This document shows positions 57,286 to 64,000 of a DNA stretch of 64,000 nucleotides, in pieces. The notes beneath the pieces are model-generated. The model saw only the letters and a list, made by a program, of their open reading frames with translations, had not been told where the DNA came from and did no database searches. Numbering within the stretch: the first letter of the stretch is position 1; the number at the start of each line of letters is the position of its first letter. Made by a program: the position numbers and the translations under genes. The stretch spans positions 32,001-96,000 of the forward strand of contig JBMNJG010000013.1 of assembly GCA_050951545.1 (NCBI GenBank). Direction: 5' to 3'. The stretch comes from Limnochordia bacterium (GTDB lineage: Bacteria; Bacillota; Limnochordia; DTU080).

Positions 57286-59400
57286 GTGCTGATCGAGAAC
57301 CTGATTCGTCTGGGCCGCCTGTACCTGAACGCGGGCGCGTCACCCAAGGAGCTTCTTGAATTGGTCTCCGATGTGACTAGCACCAGAGGGCGCCGCTTTC
57401 TCGAGCGAGTGTTTGTCGTGGAGCTGGCTATCAGAGATGGGGTTCTGCAGGTCGTAGCACACCCGCAGGGTTCATGGGGTCACGTTGAGTCAGGCAGGGG
57501 TGGTGAGTTCTTTTGCCCCGACAAAGAAAGAGTGATCGGTATTCCCTTCGTGATGTCGCGGGGTAATCCACTCCAGCCACAGGGACGCTACCCAGTACCG
57601 GTATACACAGTCTTCGACAAGCACTTCGCTGCCTTTTGCGGTGCACCCATCAAGGTCGAGGAGTTTCTCAGAGGCAGAATCCGGCGTACCGTCGGCTTGA
57701 AATGGACGGAGTCACTGGTGTACGAGATCAGTTCGGCTTTGCATGCGGAGCTTGCCCATCACGAGCACGGCGGCGACAAGAAGCGCTCGGCAGTGGTCGT
57801 GGTTGCCGATCTACGTGATGGCTGCTCTCCCTATGTCTACGACCGTAACAGCGACACCATCGACCTATGCGGGAGCAGGATTTGGCCAGGGCGCCGCATC
57901 TGTGTGGATCCGGAGCAGCTACTCGATAGGGTGTGGGTAGCGAAAGCTGCGGAAGGAGCTGAGATGGGGACGAGAGATGGTTTCTGCTCCGTATGTCGGA
58001 AAGAGGGGGAAGTTGCTTCAATCTACTCCAAAGCGTGGCCGTGGTTTTCGACTACCTGGACTGCACCTCTTCCTAGTGCCCTTGGCGTTGACCAGCTCGT
58101 GGAGGGTGTGGCGTTGTGCCATAGCTGCTATACGGCGTTGACCATCGGGGCTCAGCTGTTCACGAAATTGTCCCAGCCACTCGGCTCATGGGTAACCGGA
58201 GAGGGCTTTGGTATTTCCGATCGGCCGTTCGCAAAAGGGAGGTGCCAAACGCAGGTTGAGCGCATCTACGGTAGCCTGATGGTGCTCCCAGTTCTCGACG
58301 AGAATCCCCCTGATGACGACGATCAGCGGATGTCTGTTCGTAGCCTCGCGTCCATGCGACCGCATGGCCCACACGCGGTGGAACGTTATCTCGACTCCAT
58401 CACTGGTTTTGAGGCAAGAATACCGGATATCAAAGATGGCACGCATCGCTTGCATCTTTATTACTACTCGGGTGATGTGACCCGGGGCGATGTGCATGTG
58501 CGCTGCATCATGGAAGACGTGATGCCCTCCGTAGCCAGAACTCTTGATCGTCTTCTCTACCGCAATGCTGAAATGCAGGCCACTGAGGCTGCGCGGCAAC
58601 TTGACCTTTCCCTGAGTGAACGCGATTGGCGACGCCTCCGCTCACTTCCGTGTCTGCTCGCGACCGCCTATGGGTCAGCGCATTTGTGGCAGACCATGTC
58701 TGATGTGTTGCAGCGGCGGGTTCTAGAGATCGATCACTTCGTCCGTAATGCCGCGTCACGCATGCAAGCCTGTGCTCACCGTCTCCCCAAGACCTACCGT
58801 TACTTGCGTTTGGAGGTCCTTTTCTACGTGGTCTTCCGAGCATTCTTGAACACCTATCACTCCGAAATAGCGGAGTCAGATATGGAGGGAAGGATGTCAA
58901 TGCGTTCGTGGCAAGAGTTGCAGGCCATGCTGGCGGAGCCAGTGCAGGAGATTCGTTTTTATGACGTTGAGGAGCTCGGTTTTGTCTGCGGTCATCTCGT
59001 CCGTCAGTTTTCGCGGTGGTATTTTGCCTGTACAGGGCAGGATCTTCTTCGCCAGCGCGTACTCACGTTCGGAAGCGTGCTAACCCCCGAATTGGTACGG
59101 GAGCGGGCCCTAACGAAGTTTTGGGAGTATCGAGCGAAGCTGTGGCGCAAGGGGATCCTGCCGCAGGGGTTCGAACAGCTAACCGGAGTAGCGCTTTGGG
59201 AGTGGGAACACCGGCGTGATGAGATATCCCGCAGGCGTGAAGCCTTTATGGCTGCTTTCTGGGCCGGATACGCACTACAGTCATCGAGTGGTGAAGGTGT
59301 CGACGAAAAGGTAGCCGTGGACCCTAATGGGGAATGGAGGAGGGAACCCATTGACCAAGCAAGTGAACACGGGCGAGATCCTGTTTGTCAAGAGTGCTAA
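57286..59400 (+). CDS. cas8b: Type I-B Cas8b (TM1802-like)
   Basis: Position in the operon; CSVC...LCHSC; helical C-terminus; GTG after GAGGAG. Confidence 0.85.
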   Translation: MLIENLIRLGRLYLNAGASPKELLELVSDVTSTRGRRFLERVFVVELAIRDGVLQVVAHPQGSWGHVESGRGGEFFCPDKERVIGIPFVMSRGNPLQPQGRYPVPVYTVFDKHFAAFCGAPIKVEEFLRGRIRRTVGLKWTESLVYEISSALHAELAHHEHGGDKKRSAVVVVADLRDGCSPYVYDRNSDTIDLCGSRIWPGRRICVDPEQLLDRVWVAKAAEGAEMGTRDGFCSVCRKEGEVASIYSKAWPWFSTTWTAPLPSALGVDQLVEGVALCHSCYTALTIGAQLFTKLSQPLGSWVTGEGFGISDRPFAKGRCQTQVERIYGSLMVLPVLDENPPDDDDQRMSVRSLASMRPHGPHAVERYLDSITGFEARIPDIKDGTHRLHLYYYSGDVTRGDVHVRCIMEDVMPSVARTLDRLLYRNAEMQATEAARQLDLSLSERDWRRLRSLPCLLATAYGSAHLWQTMSDVLQRRVLEIDHFVRNAASRMQACAHRLPKTYRYLRLEVLFYVVFRAFLNTYHSEIAESDMEGRMSMRSWQELQAMLAEPVQEIRFYDVEELGFVCGHLVRQFSRWYFACTGQDLLRQRVLTFGSVLTPELVRERALTKFWEYRAKLWRKGILPQGFEQLTGVALWEWEHRRDEISRRREAFMAAFWAGYALQSSSGEGVDEKVAVDPNGEWRREPIDQASEHGRDPVCQEC

Positions 59401-60081
59401 GGTTGGAATTCCCAACCGCAATCTCAACGACGACGACGCACGTCACCTTTTCGGGCCGCTATCGACGTAAGGCTTTTTGGAATTGTCTATGCCGTTACTG
59501 GGGAGAGGTTTCATCTTACGGGTCCGGTGCGCTTTGGATGGGCGCATTCGTTACATCCGGCGGTAAGCGTGTATACGACGGGAACAAGTATGGTGCCCGC
59601 CAAAGACCAACGCCATGGCGATGCATCCGAGGGTGCCCAGCAAGGAACGAGCTGGACTAGCTCTTTAGTTCCGTTTGCTGTCTTCGCCATGCCGGCGGTT
59701 GTCAATGCGACCATTGCACAAGAGACTGGCCTGGATCAGGAAGACCTCGAGTTGCTGTTAGAGGCGCTGTGGCAGGGAACAGCACACCGGCAGGGGCGGG
59801 GCCGCGGCGTACAACAGCCATTGTTTCTGTTGCATATCGAGTACAAAGACCCCTTTTTCCGCATCGGGTACCTCGAAGAGAAGATATGTCTCGAACCAGG
59901 CCGCGAGGAGTGGTTGGGCGGCAACCCACCTACGTCGCTAAACGATGTAAAGCTTGACGTGACCCGTCTTGTGGAGTGCCTGGGAGAATACACACAGAAG
60001 ATTAGCCGGGTACGGTATTGGATCAGGCCCGACTTGCAGCTGGTGGGTCAGCCTCCGTGGGAGGTACAGCCGCTGTGGTAG
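59351..60081 (+). pseudogene. cas7: Cas7 (Csh2-type) with an apparent internal deletion and a frameshift
   Basis: The N-terminus (TTG 59351: GEILFVKSAKVGIPNR) stops at 59470; IDVRLFG...LTGPVRFGWAHSLHP continues in another frame. Confidence 0.85.
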
Positions 60082-60122
60082 GTCAGGGTCAGGGAAGACA
60101 GTTTTCGGGCGGGGGATAGGTC

Positions 60123-60824
60123 TTGAAGGTCTTGGTGTTCGAGTTGCGAGGATCCATTGCTCACTTTCGGTATCCCGACACGACAGTCACGCATGTCACC
60201 TATCCCTTCATTACCCGGACGGCTGTGCGCGGCTTGCTGGGGGCCATTCTCGGCCTTGAATGCTTCGCGCCTGAGGAAGGACTCACGGGGATTCGCCTCA
60301 TGTCGCCCGTGCGCAAGTCGGTGCAGGGGATTTCCATGCTTGGCAAGGGGTTTCTTGGCGAGGGGAACGAGTTTAGCCGTTGGACGTCCACTGAGTTGCT
60401 GGTCTCCCCGCACTATCGCATCTTCTACGCGGGTCCATTCCTTGACGAATTGGCCCAGGCGATCAAGGCCCGGCAAAGCGTGTACCATACTTACCTGGGG
60501 GTGGCCTTTGCCCAGACGTTCCCCGAGTGGAAGGGTGTTCGACAGGGCGTGTCGTACCAGGCTGATGCCGCTGACATCATCACTACTCTGTCGGTTGTAC
60601 CCACGCATGTGGTCGGACAGCTGGTCATGCAGCACCGATCGCAGGTGGCACGTGTGGGTGGCATGTTATACGAATACCTTGGCGACAGGCGGTTTCGTGG
60701 CACCATAAATCTGCTTTACGATACGAACTGCGGGCCCATCACCTTCATGCCCTCGGTGGCCCCGTTTTCCCCCCGGGTGGAGCTTGTAGACGTGGCTGAG
60801 GAGGGGATCGTGTGCCTGTGGTAG
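60123..60824 (+). CDS. cas5: Type I-B Cas5
   Basis: FELRGSIAHFR, TAVRGLLGAILG, YLG. Confidence 0.9.
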   Translation: MKVLVFELRGSIAHFRYPDTTVTHVTYPFITRTAVRGLLGAILGLECFAPEEGLTGIRLMSPVRKSVQGISMLGKGFLGEGNEFSRWTSTELLVSPHYRIFYAGPFLDELAQAIKARQSVYHTYLGVAFAQTFPEWKGVRQGVSYQADAADIITTLSVVPTHVVGQLVMQHRSQVARVGGMLYEYLGDRRFRGTINLLYDTNCGPITFMPSVAPFSPRVELVDVAEEGIVCLW

Positions 60825-63208
60825 TTCCTCTGTCACAGTGTATCGCCCGTCCCAGCTCGCAAGGAACAAGGTACCTGCTCACCGAGCATCTACTGGAGGT
60901 GGCACACTACGCCGGCGGCACCCGGAAAGGACAGCTGGGGCGATTACGATTTCTGGCCAGGTTAGTCCATGATGCAGGTAAAGCCCAGGCCGCTTGGCAG
61001 CGGTATATGCGCGATCCAACACACCATTGCGGTGGCGTTTCCCATGCTTTCCTAGGTGCTGCCCTTTTCTTCCTTCTTTCCTTGGAGCTTCTGGCGAAGT
61101 CCCCCCAGAAGGCGAGGCCATTGGAGGCAACTGTTCTTCAACTCACCGCCGATATAGCCCATCATCACGGGGAGCTTAGGTGTCTTGACGAGGCGGAACC
61201 ACCGTGGCGGGCAGGATGGCGTTTGGACTGCCTGGAAGAAACAGACCTTGATGGACTCCTTCAGTTTGTGCAAGCCTCCTTCCCCCCTTTGGCTAACCTT
61301 CAACTCAAGGCCAACGATGTTCCCGGACGACTTGACCTACTCCTCAAGATGTGGAGGCTCATGGTAGTTCGCTATCAGGCCCGGCGTGTGGGCAGCATAC
61401 AGGAGGCCGGGCGAGCCGTGGTGGAAGCGCGACTGGGAACCGCCGACCTCATTACTGCCGATCGTTTCACTGTTGCCGGGATGCTGCCTCAGCACCTGTG
61501 CTCGAAGCAAGCGGGTATAGCGCTTGCGCACTTGAGTCACTTCTGTAGGCAGAGGGGGGAAAGCCTAGATCGCCAGTGCAGATCAGCTCTGACCGGGCTA
61601 CGCCAGCAGATTCAATGCATTGCTACTGCGGCCTATGTGGCCGAGCCGACGAATCGCTTCTATGCCCTACGTGTAGCCACGGGTCTCGGAAAGACACTCA
61701 CGGCGTTGCGCGTCGGACTGGAAGCGTGTCGACTGGGAAGAAGCAAACGGATCGTATACGTTGCGCCCTACCTTTCGATCCTCTCACAGGCGGCGAAGGA
61801 GATCCGACAAGCTACGGGCTTGGAGGTGATGGAGCATCACCATCTCTCGACGCTCGATTTGTGCTCCATAGAGAGCGAACCTCAGGATCTGCTCTCTATG
61901 GAGTCATGGCAGGCCCCTATCGTTGCCACCACGTTCAACCAGCTCTTTAGGACAATCTCACCTCGCTACGCGCAGGAGACAATCCGCATGGAAGCTTTAA
62001 AGCGGGCTTTCGTGATCCTTGACGAACCGCAGATTGTTGACGGGGATGTCTGGCATCCCTTCCTCGCGCTACTTGAGGCCTTTGCCGAGCACCTTGAGAT
62101 GGGCTGCCTCATGATCACGGCCACAATGCCCCCACTTGATGGGCTGTGTGATCAGCCAACTGATCTGTCACCGAAGGGGCTTGTTGCTCCCTGTCGCTAC
62201 GTCGTCCGCGCGCGAGACGAATCCATGGATGAGGTCGCATTAGCAGATGAGCTGGTGGACGTGGTCCGTACGCACGGTACCGTCGCCGTTATCTTGAACA
62301 CTATCGGGGATGTGGGCCGGGTGTTTGAAGCTGTTCGCGAAAGACGCAGTCCAGATGTGGCGGTGTTTGCCTTGCACGGAGCGATGACTTCCTTGCACAA
62401 ACAGAATCAGATTGCGCGACTTCACCAGCGGCTGGATGGGCGGTTGCCGACCATCGTCGTGGCCACGCAGATCATTGAAGCCGGGATTGACCTCAGCTTC
62501 CGGGCGGTCTACAGAGCACGATCGATTATCCCTTCGATCATGCAAGCGGCGGGACGAGCGAACCGTCATGCTGAACAGGGCGAGTCGATGGCTACAGTGA
62601 TCGATTTCGAGTTCCGACGCAATGGCATGAATACACGGCGGTTTGTCTATGAAGAGATCGCCACGCGCCTGACAGACGAACTACTTGCTACCCACACGGG
62701 TCTGGCTGAACGCGAGATGCCTGGTTTGTGTGAGGAGTACTTCCGCGAGCTGTTGTGTCGGAAACCGGGTACCTCAACCCTGGCCTATTTGAAGGACGCG
62801 GCAGTCGGGCACTGGAGCAATCTACAGTCCATCGGCCCCTATAAGGAAAGACGGTATCGGATCTCGGTCTTCGTTCCGAATGAAGGGCCATGGATCGACA
62901 AGACAACCAGGGTCTTTCTAGCTCGATTTGGTGTGACAGACCCCGAGGAACTCTACAACCTATACCTAGATCGCCCCTGGATGTCGAGGCTTTCCTTTCC
63001 AGAAAGGAAAGCCTTCATGGGCCTTATGCAGCGATTTACTGTGCCCTTGTCGTTAGAGTATGCCCGGGCTATTTCGAATCTTGCCGAGATGGCTACTGGA
63101 CGTGATCAGCCCCTGGCCATCTGTGTGCTTCGACAGCCGCATCTGTATAGCCCTGAGACTGGCTTCGGTGGCTTAGTTCGTGATGTAGACCAATGGATTT
63201 TCGTCTGA
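60812..63208 (+). CDS. cas3: Cas3 HD nuclease-helicase
   Basis: EHL, HDAGK, HH, TGLGKT, DEPQ, TAT, QAAGRANR. Confidence 0.92.
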   Translation: MPVVVPLSQCIARPSSQGTRYLLTEHLLEVAHYAGGTRKGQLGRLRFLARLVHDAGKAQAAWQRYMRDPTHHCGGVSHAFLGAALFFLLSLELLAKSPQKARPLEATVLQLTADIAHHHGELRCLDEAEPPWRAGWRLDCLEETDLDGLLQFVQASFPPLANLQLKANDVPGRLDLLLKMWRLMVVRYQARRVGSIQEAGRAVVEARLGTADLITADRFTVAGMLPQHLCSKQAGIALAHLSHFCRQRGESLDRQCRSALTGLRQQIQCIATAAYVAEPTNRFYALRVATGLGKTLTALRVGLEACRLGRSKRIVYVAPYLSILSQAAKEIRQATGLEVMEHHHLSTLDLCSIESEPQDLLSMESWQAPIVATTFNQLFRTISPRYAQETIRMEALKRAFVILDEPQIVDGDVWHPFLALLEAFAEHLEMGCLMITATMPPLDGLCDQPTDLSPKGLVAPCRYVVRARDESMDEVALADELVDVVRTHGTVAVILNTIGDVGRVFEAVRERRSPDVAVFALHGAMTSLHKQNQIARLHQRLDGRLPTIVVATQIIEAGIDLSFRAVYRARSIIPSIMQAAGRANRHAEQGESMATVIDFEFRRNGMNTRRFVYEEIATRLTDELLATHTGLAEREMPGLCEEYFRELLCRKPGTSTLAYLKDAAVGHWSNLQSIGPYKERRYRISVFVPNEGPWIDKTTRVFLARFGVTDPEELYNLYLDRPWMSRLSFPERKAFMGLMQRFTVPLSLEYARAISNLAEMATGRDQPLAICVLRQPHLYSPETGFGGLVRDVDQWIFV

Positions 63209-63223
63209 TAGGGGCGGTGCATC

Positions 63224-63727
63224 ATGGTGGTTGAGACTCGGGTGACGGGTACGCTCATTCGGTACTACTACGTGTGCACACGGGAGGTGTGGTTCACGGC
63301 GCACCAACTCGAACCCGACTCCAAAGATGACAACCTGGAGTACGGGCGGTTCTTGCACCAGCATGCCTATCAACGGCATAAGAAGGAGATCTCCATTGGC
63401 CATGCCGTCTTCGATATCCTGCGTACCGAGGGCAACGAAGTGGTCGTTTTGGAGGTGAAGAAGAGTTCAAAGCACTTGGTTAGCGCTCGCATGCAGCTTT
63501 TGTATTACCTGAGGGAGCTGAAACACATGGGGGTTCAGGCCACGGGGGAGCTTCGAATCCCGGAAGAGAAGCGGGTGATCAAGGTGGCGCTTGATGCTGA
63601 GGCGGAGAAAGAGTTGGACCGGGCCGAACGCGAGATCCTACGCCTGATATACCTGGAAAAGCCGCCGCAGACGGAAGAGATCCGATACTGCCGTTCGTGT
63701 GCCTACCGCGAGCTTTGCTGGGCATAG
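63224..63727 (+). CDS. cas4: Cas4
   Basis: YYVCTRE, EVKKS, QLLYYL, C..CAY.ELC. Confidence 0.95.
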   Translation: MVVETRVTGTLIRYYYVCTREVWFTAHQLEPDSKDDNLEYGRFLHQHAYQRHKKEISIGHAVFDILRTEGNEVVVLEVKKSSKHLVSARMQLLYYLRELKHMGVQATGELRIPEEKRVIKVALDAEAEKELDRAEREILRLIYLEKPPQTEEIRYCRSCAYRELCWA

Positions 63728-63756
63728 CACAGCTGTACCAGAGAGGTGTCCTGTGA

Positions 63757-64000
63757 ATGCAGAAAAGCTTCTATGTCTTCAGTAGCGGCGCCCTAAAGCG
63801 CAAGGACAACACGATATTCCTAGAGATGGAGTCGGGAAAGCGCTTCATTCCCGTGGAAGATACCAGTGAGCTTCACGTATTCGGGGAGGTGGACGTGACT
63901 AAGAAGTTCCTGGAGCTGGCCTCACAAAAGGAGATCACCATTCACTTCTACAATTACTACGGTTACTACAGCGGGTCGTTCTACCCACGTGAGCACCGTA
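63757..64000 (+). CDS. cas1: Type I-B Cas1 (partial, runs off the window)
   Basis: MQKSFYVFSSGALKRKDNT...HFYNYYGYYSGSFYPRE. Confidence 0.9.
   Translation, partial: MQKSFYVFSSGALKRKDNTIFLEMESGKRFIPVEDTSELHVFGEVDVTKKFLELASQKEITIHFYNYYGYYSGSFYPREHR

Noticed and set aside
1-64000. tRNA, rRNA, riboswitch or integron integrase
   Set aside because: None was recognised by eye; an Infernal/tRNAscan/HMM run would be needed to exclude them.

Overview
A GC-rich bacterial accessory region. The host is probably a diderm member of the Bacillota such as Limnochordia; this is inferred from an Omp85-barrel protein, many solute-binding proteins without a lipobox, and a Firmicute-type I-B CRISPR leader. Four layers are interleaved. 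(1) A decaying integron-like gene-cassette cluster at about 6.7-12.4 kb, with three recognisable full-length attC sites, two remnants and no integrase in the window. (2) Defence genes: Mrr, an HNH endonuclease, MntA/HepT, a 1.97-kaa DUF4011-helicase-Vsr-DUF3320 (Hhe-type) protein, and a type I-B CRISPR-Cas locus (cas6-array-cas8b-cas7-cas5-cas3-cas4-cas1) whose cas7 is broken. (3) Carbohydrate scavenging: GH5-like, GH127, GH20, a PL26/YetA-like protein, and six orphan ABC sugar-binding genes of which two are broken. (4) Mobile DNA and debris: an intact IS1634 with target-site duplication, IS21 and IscB remnants, and four diverged duplicated gene fragments. The best candidates for undescribed systems are a signal peptide-C45 Ntn-hydrolase-TPR-POTRA-Omp85 fusion (a type Vd-like autotransporter), a tandem-wHTH plus Vsr-like nuclease gene flanked by hairpin-forming ~94-bp repeats, the attC cluster itself, and a Cys-rich Crp/Fnr regulator with a perfect palindromic site in front of a thioredoxin system. 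No rRNA or tRNA genes were recognised. All family assignments come from motif recognition by eye, not database searches.
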